From contig MU271209.1 of assembly GCA_021432655.1 (NCBI GenBank), forward strand, positions 1 to 64,000: a stretch of 64,000 bases of DNA. Direction: 5' to 3'. Below, piece after piece: positions 13,221 to 27,600 of this stretch. Below the pieces are notes generated by a model. That model was not told where the DNA came from. It saw only the letters and a program-made list of their open reading frames with translations, and searched no databases. A program made the position numbers and the translations under genes. This stretch comes from Atractiella rhizophila. Taxonomy: Eukaryota. Position 1 is the first letter of the stretch, and each line of letters starts with the position of its first letter.

Positions 13221-13869
13221 ATGTCAAAGGTTCTAACAGGCTGCAAGAGTACAAGTTGTTGCGTGGAACCACTTCGGTCCTCTCTTCTTATTGAGGACTC
13301 TCGAGGGTATTTATGGGCAACCAGCGAAGAGTCCTGCGGCGGGGTTTGCTACGCCAACGCTTGAAGAAGGTAGTGCGCTGTTAACCTCGAACAGCACCAT
13401 AAGTTATGTATTTGAGGAGCACGGCGTTGTTCTGTTCATTCAGCACCTCTTTGCCGGACAACGTAACTCCTCGCCGCACACACCTCGGCCTAATGAAGAA
13501 GAATGCAATGCGGCCATTTCTATGTACGAAATCCTCAAATCATTCGCTTGACAGAGACACAATCTCTTCCTCTTCCAAGGTGAACATGATGTCAACGTTT
13601 TTGAGGTTCGCAGGCTCTAAGAGTCTCGGAAAATGGGACAACAGAAGGTGGCATTGTCGAATTGGATTGGATTATTTATTGACTGAGAATATGCAAACAA
13701 CATGCTGACCAAATTCGTTCACGAACACAGTGTAAGAACATTTCACAACAAGACTAAAGTACGTTGGGATGAGACTGATTAGGAGGTTGGTGGTGTGCAT
13801 GTTGTCCGTTGAAACGATCGTCGAAGGAATCGTAGGCAAGGAAAGTGCTGGAAGGGAACAAGACGGGGA

Positions 13870-15144
13870 TCAAGCCTGAGGATAACCGCCATAGTACCCC
13901 TGCTGCTGCTGTTGTTGTTGCCTTTGGGCGTGGGCCTGTTCCTCAACTTCGTCAGCTTTCACGTCTCTCGACATGATGTGACGCGAGAAAGCATGCCTGA
14001 GCCTGGAGCTGTTGCTGCCTCACCTGATACTGTGCCTGCTGCTGGGGATTCATCTGCTGCTGCTGCTGCTGTCCCTGCTGTCCCTGCTGCTGAGAACTGT
14101 TTGTAGGCGGAGACTGGGCAGTAATGTAGGGATGTCGAAGTGCCTCCTCGCACGTTAGGCGGCGGGATGGGTCAAATTGGAGGAGTTTGTCAAGGAGATC
14201 GATGGCGAGAGGATGGGCACGAGGGAGCACCTGCTGATAGGGAATTTTGGTGGTACGTGGGAAGGGACGTAAGGATATTTCTGGCTGTTCCGTCCCATCA
14301 GCGGACATTCTTGACGGAGGGCTGAAAAGTCGATTACTTACGCATTCTTGAGTGACGCGACGAAGGGTATTGTCGTCAGGCGTGCCGAGAATACGGAGGA
14401 TCTGATTGAGCTGATCATTGTTATCCCTCCCCCTGAACAGCGGCACTCCCGAAATCATCTCCGCCATAATGCAACCTGCGCTCCAGACATCGATGCTCGT
14501 AGTATAGGTTCGACTACCCAAGAGAACGTCTGGCGCACGATACCACAACGTGACGACCTCATTGGAAAACGTGTTAACTGGAATTCCAAATGCTCTCGCC
14601 AGTCCAAAATCCGCCAACTTCAGGTCGCCTCGTTTGTTGATGAGGAGATTCTGCGGCTTCAAGTCGCGGTGGAGGACGCGATTCTCGTGACAGAACGCAG
14701 TCCCTCTGAGTAGCTGGAAGGTGAAAGAGCGGACAATTCCAGGTTCCAGCGCGCCACGGTCGCCGTTCGCGTCCATGTATTTCTTTAGATCCAAGTCCAT
14801 GTATTCGAATACGAGCATGAGACGCTGCTCATTGTGAATGACATCGTAGAGGCGGACTATATTCGGATGTTTCAGCTCCTTCATCAAGGAAATCTCGCGG
14901 ATGGCAGTTGACGGCGTTCCCTCCTCGGAATCGAGGTGAATCTCTGCATTCTTCTCCATTAGATTCTGCCCTCATCGAAAGGCCATAAACACACCTTTCA
15001 GAGCAACGATAGAACCATCATTCCTGTTCCTCCCCTGATCCCTATTGTCGAAACTTCTTCGATCGCCGAAAAAGAGCGTACCTTGTGAACGGTGGCATAA
15101 GTTCCCTCTCCCAACTTCTCAAGTTGAATGTAGGTATTTGACAT
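13870..15144 (-). CDS. PHO85: Cyclin-dependent kinase Pho85/PhoA with Gln-rich tail
   Basis: [59 protein letters not shown]; last intron 13936-13996 is GC-AG. Confidence 0.93.
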
Positions 15145-16096
15145 CTTGCTGCTTTATTCCACAGTCCTTAATGTTCACCAACCTGCCTTTCTTTCTGCTT
15201 CTTATAAGAGTATCCTGCCTGAAAGGAAAGCGTCAAATGCCGAGACCCCAGGACTGTTGGTCGTTTGCCCGCTGATGGTTTCTGGAATGCGAGTCACGCA
15301 CCTTTCGCCAGAAGCCTGAAGCGCAAGTTCACTTTCAAGTTAACAACGAGGGCAGGAGAATGAAGAAATGCTCGGATCGGTGGGCATGGGGAAAAGATTA
15401 TACATCAATAAGGTGGAAGGGCAGCAGTGGCATCAAATGATTTCGGGCAAGCGACCGAATTAGTCGCGTTTGGTTGTGTATGGAATGGTCTGAACGGATC
15501 TCTACTTGAAAGGTGATTGTCGTGAAACTACCTTGTAAGGCAATGGTCACTGGAACCAAAGGTCTGAACATTCTTTCCAGATGAGCATCTGTCCACTCGA
15601 GAAAGCACTCTGACCGTGCCAAGAAAGTGGACTTCAGGTGGATTGACAGGTGGAAATGATATGAAGACTAGGTAGTCTGAACAGTGAGCAGTCACCTTTG
15701 GGTCAGCTCTCACATGGCAGGAGAGCAACAAGCTGCGCTGATTGATCGGACACTCGTGCTCTTTATGATTCTATTAAGCATTCCTTGACCATTGAAATTA
15801 CAATATCTACGGAGGTAGTATATTGAAGTGTGTAAGCCGTGCAGGAAAGTGGAAAGTCTTCTCCTAACGGGAAGGAACTAATGGACCAGCGTGCAATCCA
15901 GGAAATATCCCGTTGCATCTTCAGAACTTTTAAGGTGGTTCTATTATGAACGCACGTGATGGACGAATTGTACGTACAGGAAAGATAATAGATATATTAT
16001 TCGACCACACAACACAACAGCAAGCAGGGCAGCTTTCTGTATCTCTTTCTCACGAGCAACTTGTAAAATAATTGTACTCTCCCTGAAATCACCAGC

Positions 16097-18713
16097 ATGT
16101 CCTCCGCCATCGCCCAGCGTCGACAGTCGCCGTCCGAGAAGGAGAAAATGAGGGGAAAGCGCTCATTCAGTAGCAGTCTTCCGGGATCTGCGCTGTTTGG
16201 TGCGAGTAGCAGGTCGAAGGAGAAGGACGGGAGAGGAAAGGTGGCAGATCCAATAGTGCAACTGGGCGACAGGTGTGACTTCCCTCACTAGAATAATTCT
16301 GTCGTGGATGGCGTTTGTAGCTTGACGTCGATGAGAGACAGAGAGAGGAGACATGTTCTGTCGTAGATGTTGACAGACGACAGCACCGGTTTATTCTTGG
16401 TTGCATGACTGAAAGATGTGTCCTGTTGTCTCCTCGTCTACCGTCTCTCCAAGCTAGTCGAGACGTTTCTTGCGTGTGCATGTCTAATAGCACACACGCC
16501 GTTAGAAACAGGGGCTAATTCGGTTTTGTCACCCGCATTTATGATGTGCGAGAGCAATCAAGGTTAGGAACGTGAGATGTAGTGTTAGAGGTAGACAAAA
16601 TAAGGAGAAAGGTGCCTAACATCTCAAGCCAGACTCAGGATCGCCAATTATCCTCATTGTCGACATCAGGCTTTGCCATACGCTGTGCTGGCCTGATTGG
16701 TCAGTGAGGGATAGAGTATCTAACCGTGTAGCTGAAAGAAGAGCTGCCATCTCTCCGTATCCCTGTGTGGGTCGATACTCTTGCACCTACAGTTTGATTG
16801 AAGGCAACGTTCTCTATACTAAACTCTATAATGCATTCTATCCGGTCCAGACTGTACTGTTCAACTCCTGCTGACTTGATCTCGTCGAGAACAGCTCACA
16901 GCATACGATTGACTTTCCTTCTACGACACCTCCACGATCAACATCACCAATACCCGAACGCCTTTATCCCAGACGTTCTGTACGACATTCGTTACCATCC
17001 GTCTCAGTTACAATGTCAGATTCAGCGCTTGTCTCCCCTCCTCTTTCTACTGGGTCCACGACATCAAGGCGTTCAACTCCTTCGCAGCTGAAGAGCTCCT
17101 TAATGTCGCATCTTAATCGACATTCAATTGCTGTGCCGCCTGTGGGGTTTCCGTCCGTTGAAGGACTTCCATTCCCAGCGGAGTTGAAAAAGCAGAAGAG
17201 TGCTAGCAGCATCACCTTCATACCGGACGATGAAAACAAGCTCACAACCCGACCACGCAAACTTAGTCAACAGTCGTACTCGTCTTCGAATTCGAGTTCT
17301 TCCCAAAAGGGAATGTGGATACCTCACTTCAGGAAGGGAGAAGCGACTGTCTCTGGCATTTCGGCTGTTGGGGAGGGATCATCTGTCCTCTGGAGGACGG
17401 TGTCTGAGCCTGCGAAACCTGCACAGGACGTGACTGCGAACCAGTTGCTTACGTCTCTGTCTGAGGGTCCAATAGCAGGAGTGGAACTGACAAAGACGTT
17501 GAGCACCCTTGCAGAATCACCGTCGATGGAACTGGACGAACCAATTGCTGGACAATTGGATCGTCATCCCCTTGTCAACGGCGCAGATTATGATTCAGAT
17601 CTAGCGTCTTCTCCCCAACCTTTGTCGCCATTACAACGACCGACTTCTCCCCCACCCATCATACCTCCCACTCCTCCGCGGGCATCGTCTCCTCCCCGAA
17701 CGATTCTGAAAGACAGCTCCTCGCCAGTTCGCCCCCGCCCACAATCAAGGCGCAGTGTCTCCTTCTCGCTCCCTGCTGCCATCGTCATTAAACCGACGGT
17801 TGTAGCTAGTGTTGAGGTGGAGCTCGACGACGACGATCGGAAGGTTCGAGGGAGCGACATCGACACGGAGAGCGAAGAAGGGAAGACACCGACGGGCATG
17901 CACTTCGCGGATGCCGATGATGAGAGAGAGGACAATCGTCATCCCCTTGTCAACGGCGCAGATTATGATTCAGATCTAGCGTCTTCTCCCCAACCTTTGT
18001 CGCCATTACATCGACCGACTTCTCCGCCACCCATCATACCTCCCACTCCTCCACGGGCATCGTCTCCTCCCAGAACGATTCTGAAAGACAGCTCCTCGCC
18101 AGTTCGCCCCCGCCCACAATCAAGGCGCAGTGTCTCCTTCTCGCTCCCTGCTGCCATCGTCATTAAACCAACGGTTGTAGCTAGCGTTGAGGTGGAGCTC
18201 GACGACGACGATAGGAAGGTTCGAGGGAGCGACATCGACACGGAGAGCGAAGAAGGGAAGACACCGACGGGCATGCACTTCGCGGATGCCGATGATGAGA
18301 GAGAGGACGAGATCTTGGAGACTCCACGGACGGGGACATTTGCAGTTGAGGCATCGGTTGGATTCTCCGAGCATTCTTCTGAGCGAGAGTTGGCGAGGCG
18401 CATTTTGGTCATTTCCCTTCCACATACAGGTATCTCCCTCCCGGTCCCGTTTCCATATTTCACTCTTCCCGTCATTCGTTCCGTCCGCTACTTCGTCCCT
18501 CCAGTCAATGGTTATCTAGGGTTAGCCGTCGTAGATGAACGACATCCGGAGCGTTTGGCTGTTCGGCCGCTGGAGCAAGGGGAGGAGGACGAGTTCGGGA
18601 ACGTTTGGCGGGATTTGAACGAGAAAGGACTTCTCAGAGTCGTCATGATTGAGATCCCGATCATCCTGATTACCAGTGCTTGGATGTGGATGAGATGGGC
18701 TCGCAGGAAGTGA
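16097..18713 (+). CDS. Ser/Pro-rich low-complexity protein with C-terminal hydrophobic anchor (2 exons)
   Basis: Exon 16097-16272 (phase-2 GT donor) joins in frame to 16895 after a GCTGAC branch and CAG acceptor; frame open from there through ORF 17013-18713. Confidence 0.65.
17560..18308. repeat. In-frame tandem duplication, period 375 nt
   Basis: Copies 17560-17933 and 17935-18308; 7 substitutions counted. Confidence 0.95.
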
Positions 18714-19232
18714 GGCGACTCGATTCTTCTCTTAGGAAAGTTTCTAGGTGTTCTCGGTGTGTGGTCAGGCCAAGTATTGTTGAGTTTTGTCTTTGTCTCT
18801 CACTTGTGTTTCTGCTCTGCATCAGTAGGCTGTCTAGCGGCTTTCCTCAAGACACAATGTTCTGATGTTGTATTTCTTACACACGCTGAGGGTCACCAAT
18901 ACATTACATCAGACAACAATCGTGCATTCGTCCAATTTCAGACGCAGATAGCTCTAGTCTAGATTCTTCAGATTTATGGAAAGTGGAATATCCCTGACCA
19001 TTCTGCTCAGAGGAGCATAGGTGGTCTAGGACTCGACATAGGGGCAAACTCAGCACCCCTGACCTCAGCTAAGACCGATATTCAGAGTAGCCGCAGGTGT
19101 TGAACTAACTAAGTAGATATTCCAACATGTCTTTCCATAGTACAGCCTTGTTGTTCGAGTAGTTAGTGGACAAAGAACTGCCAGAATTCCCCAAAAGATG
19201 GGCGACCTTGTACTCCTCCTATAAAGAGTAGC

Positions 19233-20063
19233 TCAATCGTTCTTTCTCTCCTTACCCCATTCCGGGCTTCCCTCCCTCGTGGCTGGCCCCGGACTCTGAG
19301 GGACAAGTTCCCCTCCTACCTCTCCAGCTCGACCAACTGGAGTTCCAGGTCTGGCTTCCTCTCCAGCGACGGCTGTTTCGCGCCATCGTTCGATGTTCTC
19401 TGGCTTCCATTGGCCACTCATGGGACCAAATGCTTTGGAGGCCGGAGCGACAGGAGAGGGAGGGATTATAGGCGCTTCGATAGGAGGATTGTGGCGGGGG
19501 ACTATACATCCCAAGATCCAAGTCAGCCATCTTCAATATCCATTCCATGGAATGACATGTAACGTACTTTCGTCTTCATCCCCCCATTCAGATGCATTCA
19601 CAGCGACGCTCATACCTTCGAAATCGTCGCCCTCCTCGCTACCCAGAGAGGACTGACCTTGACCAGGCTCACGGAGGCGACGGAACGCAGGGAGGTCGAG
19701 TAGGGAAGGCCCAGGAGGAGTCGGGGCGATGGGGGTGGGATTGGGTGTTGCTGCGTATTTCTCTTGTGGGATAGAGGACAAAGGTGGGTCGACATCCATT
19801 TGGATATCGGAGGTGGGAATGGAGATGGAAGGCTTGCTATTGTGCAAAAATATGTACATCAGTTTACCAGGATATCTCCAATCACTCATTTCCATCTTGG
19901 TTAGATCTTTTGGAAAGCAAAATATTTGATGAATGCAGAACATCTGTAGGACATAGAAGCTGCTCGAAAGGCGTCTTTCCGGGTTGATGGCTTGGATTGC
20001 TGCAAGACAGAACACCGTAACGGAGCACAAAAGTGGTTGTCTACTTCTTCTTGCTCGACACAT
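19233..20063 (-). CDS. Hypothetical Pro/acidic-rich protein; exon structure unresolved
   Basis: Protein-like ORFs 19533-20063 and 19233-19514 with plausible splice signals; no family recognised. Confidence 0.4.
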
Positions 20064-21343
20064 GAGGCAAAGATTATGAGCTCACGAAACATCTGTCACT
20101 TTGCTAGCGAAGCATAAAGCAAAAGGGAAACACTTGTAGATACGCAGGACGTAGAGTTGTGAAAGCACTTGGCAGTTACATGTAACGATAATCTGCCCAC
20201 TCTAGAGTAGAGAGGATGGAAATCTCGACTTCATCGGCTCTGCTGAGGCTCCCAACTTGCTGGTCGGAAGAACGGCAAAGGAATCGATCTGAGTGACAAT
20301 CATAATGATGACCTGCCTTTAGATGTTCGTTTTTTTCAAAAAAAAAAAAGAGAGAGAAACCAAGTCCGTCCGTTCATCCACTTTTTTCCATGAAATCTCC
20401 ATTGGATTCCACTACAAAACTCAGGTTGAACCCGTCTTGAAGAAAGGTGATGCAGAAGGACGAGGCACAAGATCGTTTCTCTCACTGTCCAACTGAAGAA
20501 AGAAGGAGATCGCAGCATGAGACCAGAGCAGAGCAGAACGATAACCATGCCCTTTCGTTCTTCTGTTCGGCACTAAAGACTTTTGTGTAGCCTGGCTGCA
20601 ACAATTGACCTGGAATGAGTTGCCGTATTTCAAGGTATGAGAAACAAAAAGCGTCTGTCTCGAACTTTCGCAATCAAGCAGGGCTATTCATGTTAGCACT
20701 CGGAGCTTAAGTGGCAATAATGAACAATGAGCATTGAGATTAAATACGAAAATAATCTTATGTTCATACACCACAATATTGGGTGATCTGTTTGGGAACA
20801 AGATGAACAGCACTAATTTTATCCGCTCACGATAGATTTAACGACATCGTCGAAGCGTTTGAGCATCGCTTCTGGTGAGCAGTTTTACAGCAACCGAGAA
20901 CACGCACCCGTGGTCAGCCATGATCTCCACAATGCAATGTTCCAAAATCAAAGTCCAATCGTCTCCTTTCCTACTAACCAGAAAACCGGCCGATTTGATC
21001 TATAATAGTCTGGTTTTACAAAGAGCTACACACGTTGCGAGATGGTGGTAGTTCGAAATTCAGGCCTTGTCTGTCGCTCACCGCTCACGTGCTTTAGTCC
21101 CTTGTTATGACGGCACCGCCACCATTTCTATGTCCTCTAGTCATTACAATGAGAAAGCGATTTCACATCTCCCACCAATTTTTGAGCGAGAATGCGTAAT
21201 AGGACAAGGTCAAGGTCTTACCGAGGCTTACTCGCTCCCTATTCAGTCCGTGTCAGGAAATGCGTCAATTCATCAGATCATCACCATCAAATGATAAAGA
21301 TACAGCATCGAAAAATCCGAATCGTTTCCAATGAGAAAGATGT

Positions 21344-23612
21344 TTAAGACCGCTCCAACTTCTCCTCATCGCTTGCAAATGACATGCTCCTCTTTTCGTC
21401 CTTGTCTAAGCTCTGTCCATCCACATCAGCCGCTGTTTCAAGGTCCTCTGCTCCCTCTCGCAACTTCCGTTCTGCCTCGATCGCCGCTTGCTTCGCATCG
21501 GCGCTGTCGTATACAACCGCCGCTTCCTCAACGGTGAGACCCCTGCACGAAGCTTAGTGATGAACCCATACACCTTCTGTAGGTGAAGAATGGAACTCAC
21601 TTGGTTTCGCGGAGGAAGAAGAAATAGAGTACGAGATACGTCGCTTGGACGGCCAAGTATACGAAGTAATCTAATCAGTCTACGGTCAGAATCGCGGGAC
21701 AGGGATGAAAGTTATCAAAATAACATACACTTCCATGCAATCTTTTCGAGCGCGATCGGGTTTACGAACTGGTTGAACGATTGACTGACGTTCTGGGAGA
21801 GAAGGAGCAGTGCGGCGGATTTTGCACGTAGCTTCAAGGGCGATATTTCAGGGGCTGTTTCAGTCTGAATGTCAGGGCTGCTCTCTACAGTTGAGGGAGG
21901 ACGAAAAACGTACTGTAAGCCATGGGCAAAGGCGTAAGAGCCAGAGAATAGAATCCCATGAAGAAGAAGATGAAAGGGACGAGGGCTACTCCAGTTGACT
22001 TGTTTCCGGTGTTTGCATATCCGCCGGCGAGACCAGTGATGATCGTAAAACAAGACAACATTCCCGCCAAAGAAGCCAAGAACAGAGGACGGCGGCCGAA
22101 TTTTTCGACGCGAGACGCTCCAGCCCTTTATGACCCATTAACAAGTGCACGCCAGATATGAACCGGAAGCTCACATTGAGATAAACCAGTTCCAGATTGC
22201 AAGTCCTCCGTTGATACCAGTGATCTGAGGGGGAGCAGTGATGCCAACTTGCCTAAGGACTGCCAGATACTACATTAGCACCGATCTGGCAATTAGTGGT
22301 GACGGAAGGACGAACCAGGGGCAAGGAAATACTGGACGACACCGTTCCCGACAAGCTGAGTAGTGGTTCCGATCATGATGATGATAAAGAACCTCCTAAG
22401 GTTGCCCCTGGTCTGGAAGAAAGCCAGCCAAGAAACGTCCTTCACTGACTTCTCCATCTCGATCGAAGTCTTAATTTCGTGCATTTCGAACTGGACAAGG
22501 GGGTCGTGGAGGTCTCCGTTGGCGTGATACTTTGCGAGGATTTGGTGCGCTTCAGCATCGCGTCCCTTCTTGATCAGATAACGAGGAGATTCAGGAACGA
22601 AGCTGTCTCGTAATCAGCCAATCGAAGCATTTCTCAAGCAGATCAAAGGCTCACTAGATTCCTAGGGCGAGCAAGATAGGTCCAAATCCTTGTACCAAAG
22701 TCGGAATCCTCCAAGCCCAATTCTTATCTGAGCCGGGGTAATACACCATGCTGAAGGTCAACCAAGATGCAAAAATCGATCCTGTGCAGAGAGTCAAAAA
22801 CTAATCATGCTGTGGAAAGAAATTCCGCAACGAACCGATATAGTAAGTCGTGTTCAGGTACGCTCCAGCATGGTGCCTCAGTCTGGGATGCGCGAGTTCA
22901 GGAATGATGGCGCAAGCAGAGATCTGTGCCAGGGCAGTTCTTCCCAACCAGTCTTCTTTCAGCTTTCGCAGGCAGAGGGACCTAAAGAAGGGAAGGAAAG
23001 CTCACCCTATACCGAGCAGAACACGAGATCCCATCAACTGCCCTACGTTCTGAGAAAAACCTCCAACGATTGCACCAGCAAGCATGAAGAAAGCGCCGAG
23101 GTAAAGGGACAGTTTGCGGCCATAACGATCTGTGAGTTCTGCAACAATGAAGGCTGAAGGGATCTTTGGAAGGTAGTAGGTCGCAGCTATGAGTCCCAAT
23201 CGTGTTCCCTTCGGACTACCAAAGAATGCGTTCCAAGGTGCTGCATTTGTCGAGCGTTAGAAAGGTTGACAGGGAAAGTTCCACTGTACCTAAAGCTTGG
23301 AGTCCGGAAAGGAGGGAGCCGTCAAATCCAAGTGAATAGCTTGACACATGCGTCAGTTGATTTGGAATTTGATGGTGGAAACAGCTAAGTACTTGGCAGT
23401 GTAGAGAATCTGTGGGGAGGTTATAACGTCAGCTTGCAGCAAATTGAGAAGTTGAGAGGAGAGGAGACGAACGAAGATGTGAAACATGCCCATTCTCATA
23501 CCAGGATCTCTCCACCAGCCTGTACCACGACCATCATCAGATATTCGAAAGAACTGGAGGGAGCAGCCGCACTCGAAGCCGTGTTATTTGGCACGTTGAT
23601 ATAGTTAACCAT
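21344..23612 (-). CDS. MFS sugar porter, lactose/cellodextrin permease-like
   Basis: GFDGSL, TDRYGRK, AWRIP, VPESPRYL, KFGRRPL, PETK motifs across about a dozen introns. Confidence 0.9.
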
Positions 23613-24688
23613 CTTGAACGAAGCTCCTCCCAAAAGACTTGACGTCCTTAGTAAACTTCGCAAAAGCCTACTCGGGATCCTCTAGGATGAAGGCGGCAAG
23701 TCAAGATCGCGCTTGTCAGGAATGAAAGAGCAGCGCGCTTTTAACATCTCCCCGCGCGTCATGCAATGCCGATCGGACGCATGGTGGGGGAGATCTCCAA
23801 TCCCATCCGCGCCCAAACGACCTCATGTGGGGGAGCTGGAGCAGGAGAAGGAGCAAGAGCGGAGCAGGATGAGTGATCTTTCCATCTCCAGAGGAAGGAC
23901 ACTGCTCTTGGCACAAACGATCCCGATCCGAGAGACCGGCGTTTTTGCACAGACGAAATGATTGGTACAGTATCCGAAAGAACAAGAACGCGTCTCAGAT
24001 TTGCCAAATCCAGGAAAATTTGAACCTCAGATCCGTGCCGTGTAAAGCTGGATGGATGTAGTGTATACACCCCTTAGGGCAGAAATTGCTATGAAAGACT
24101 CAGAATGACTTGATGACTGGCATGTTCTTAGTTCCTACTTGACCAGAGGGACAAACGAACTATTCATTCGCAGACGTTCAGTAACTAGCTAACTCTCTCC
24201 TGTTGCAAACGAGACTGAAGGAAAGGACGAGCTGAATTAACATCGTGCACCATCATCTTGGTGGCCCCATTCCTCCTCCAGATATGAGCTGAGCTTCCCG
24301 ATTACTTTCCAAGCTTTGAAAAATCTCTCGGATCTTGGATCAACAGCTTCCATCGTGAATCTCTCATTCATTGAGCTCTTGAGCCGGCGTTTGTAGAGAG
24401 TGCGGCTACGGCATGAGTCGAGATCTCAAGATCGATTCCACCAGTCCGTCGCGGATGTTTTCAGCGGGAAGGAATCCATTCAAGTAACCGGGAGCGTGGG
24501 GAAGGAGAGGCGTGAAATTTGGAGTGGAGACGGATATGGGTGGGGTGGTGCCCAGAGACCCTCTTTCTTTATGGCGGCTCTGGGTGCCCTGCTCCTTATA
24601 ATGAGTGGCGTCTTTAGTTTCACGTCACAAAACTTAATTGTGAGTTGACATAACACCACGAAGCGAAGAAACATCATTGCACATACAC

Positions 24689-27600
24689 ATGGACCCCGTT
24701 GCGCTCTTGGACCAACTCACAACTGAGGAGAAGATCCAGGTCCTCTCTGGAGATGACAATGTTCGCACTGTCCTTCCTCCATCATTACATCATTACTGAT
24801 GTTGCACTAACATCTCGTCGTCTTTGACCGCATAGTGGCACTTGCCAGCCCTCCCACGTTTCAACATCCCCCGGGTTCGCACCTCAGATGGCCCGAACGG
24901 CGTACGTGGAATCGCCTGGTCGGGTGGAGCAGCCGCTTCATGTTTCCCCTGTGGCACGGGATTGGGCGCTTCGTTCGACGAAGAATTGATGCTAAGAGTC
25001 GGGAAGGCGTTGGGAGAGGAGTGTCGAGCTAGAGGCGTCCATTGTTTGTTAGGACCAACCATCAATTTGCAGAGACATCCTGGAGGCGGGAGGGGTTTCG
25101 AAAGTTATTCTGAAGGCAAGGACTCTATTTAGTAATATGGACGGGGCTGATGGATACTTTAGATCCGTTCCTTGCGGGAAGGTTAGGTATATCACCTTCA
25201 TCTCATGTCGTCCTTGTCCTAAAAAGGGTTTGCAGCAATGCGATGGATTGAAGGTGTACAGTCGTGCAAAGTGATGACCAGTTCGTCTCTTTTCTCTGTA
25301 ATGTCGTGCATTCATTAACCCTGGTTCAGCTCCCAAGCGTGAGACTTGCGCTACCCTGCTCAAGGGGAGATCTGATCAGAAATCCAGACTTCATCGCAAA
25401 TGAGCAAGAGCATCACCGACGTTCCAACAACAGTCCGTTTTCCAAAAATGCCATCCAAATTCATGCTAAACTATCTGTCCCTATTTCAGGTGTCGTCGAC
25501 CTTCGCACACTGCACGAGCTTTATGCGGAACCCTTCCGCCTTTTGATGCACGCCAATCCGAAGGGATTTATGACGTCCTACAACCGCCTCAACGGGACGC
25601 ACGCTGCTGAACATCCCTGGCTACTCCGAACTCTGTTGAGAGGCGAATGGGGTTTCGACGGGCTCATCATGAGTGATTGGAGCGGGACTTACAGCAGTGC
25701 GGATAGCATTAAAGCTGGAATGGACTTAGAAATGCCGGGTACGCTGCCCCCTCCTCATCTGTGGAGCAAGCTGAAGTAAACATAGGACCTGTCATGATGC
25801 GAGGAGACGTGCGTGCCGAAAGCAAAAAGGAAAGATACTGATGGTTGGAAGGTGCAGTGCACTCAACGTGATATTCTCGGCGGCAAGCTCACTATTCCAG
25901 ACGTCGAGGACTGCACGAAACGCGTCCGTGCCTTATTTATTCTCACTCTAAAATTCGTCCTGACAAGCCCATTTGACACCAGGTTCTCGCTTTTATCAAA
26001 GAAGCCATGGATTCTGGAATCGGGTTCGAAAAAGATGAAGAGTCGATCGACACTCCAGCAGTTCGCTCCCTTCTTAGGGAAGCGGCATGCGCGGGAGTAG
26101 TCCTTCTCAAAAATGACGCTAACGTCCTTCCCCTCAAGCCAGAAAGTGTCCAAGGGAGGAAAATTGCAGTGATTGGACCTAACGCGGGTATTGCTGCTAT
26201 CTGTTCGTCTTCTCTCGATCCTATGGCTTTGGTAGGTTGATTCGCTTGGTTGAATTAGCTGGCGGTGGGAGCGCAAGCTTAAGAGCGACTTATGCGGTCA
26301 CACCCCTGGACGCTATCAAGGAGGAAGTTCAGAAGTTGGGGGGTACCATCAGCGGATTCGAACGTGGATGTACGACGGATAGGTGGATGCCTCTGCTAAG
26401 CGACTTCGTATATGTGCCAAGAACGAATGAGATGGGCGTCCATGTTGAGTTCTTCGAATCCGAGTCAGTTCCATTCGATCTAGATGATCATGACTGAAAC
26501 TTAAGCCATAGTCCGTTTGGTGATGAAAAGGGGACTGTTGCACCTATCTTCGAAAGAAACTACGGGTCTAGTTTGACATATTTCATTGATAATATACCCA
26601 AAAGTATTCCGGTCAGAGGATGGGTGAGGGTACGTCCTTCCGTTCTTTCCATTCACTCGTCATTGCTAAATTCCAATTGAAAGTGGAGCACAACTTTCAG
26701 ACCCAACGAAAGCGGTATTGTACATCAATTTCCCTCCGAATTGTCGTTATCTCATCACGGAAAATAGTGGGAGATTGGACTAGGCGTTGCTGGCCAGGCA
26801 GATCTATATTTCGATGGGAAGTTATTGATTGAAAACTCAAAAGATCAAAAGTTTGGTCTTCTATTTGTACAGCGTTCCATCTTTCGCTCAGTTGATAGCG
26901 AACTGAACGTTCACGGAGCAGTTTGGCACAGGAGCAGAAGAGCAAGTTGCAGAAGTACATGTGGAAGCTGGCAAGTTGTACGATATCGAAGTTCGGTTCT
27001 CCAATTTCAAGCAACTCAGCCCGAATTCTCCATATGCGGGAAGGAGGGGAGGAATTAGGGTAGGAGGAAGGAAGAAGAGGAATGTGAAGGCGATGATCAA
27101 CAATGCCGTTGCTTTGAGTAAAAGTTCTGATGGTTCGTACCGTTTATATCCCTGATTCCTGGCGCGATTTCTGACTCAGAGAGCAGTTACGATCCTTGTG
27201 ATTGGGACTACTGCAGAATGGGAGTCTGAATCGTACGATAGGACTGACATTAAGTTCGCACTCTTGTACGACTGTTGATTCCGGTTGACCGAAATTCCTC
27301 GACAGATTACCTGGAGAGACAGACCAGTTGGTTGACGCAATTCTGTCCGCAAACCCCAACGCGATTATCGTGCATCAGTCTGGAATGCCGTCCGAATTTC
27401 CTTGGATCTCCAAATGTTCTACCCTCCTCCAGGTTTGTATTCTCATTTACTTCAATAGTTTCATATCTGACAACTCTAGTTCAGGCATTCTATGGCGGAA
27501 ACGAATGCGGACATGCCATCTCAGACTGCATTTTTGGAGTACACAATCCGTCAGGCAAACTACCCGTAACCTTCCCCAAAGTTCTCCAAGACTATCCCAG

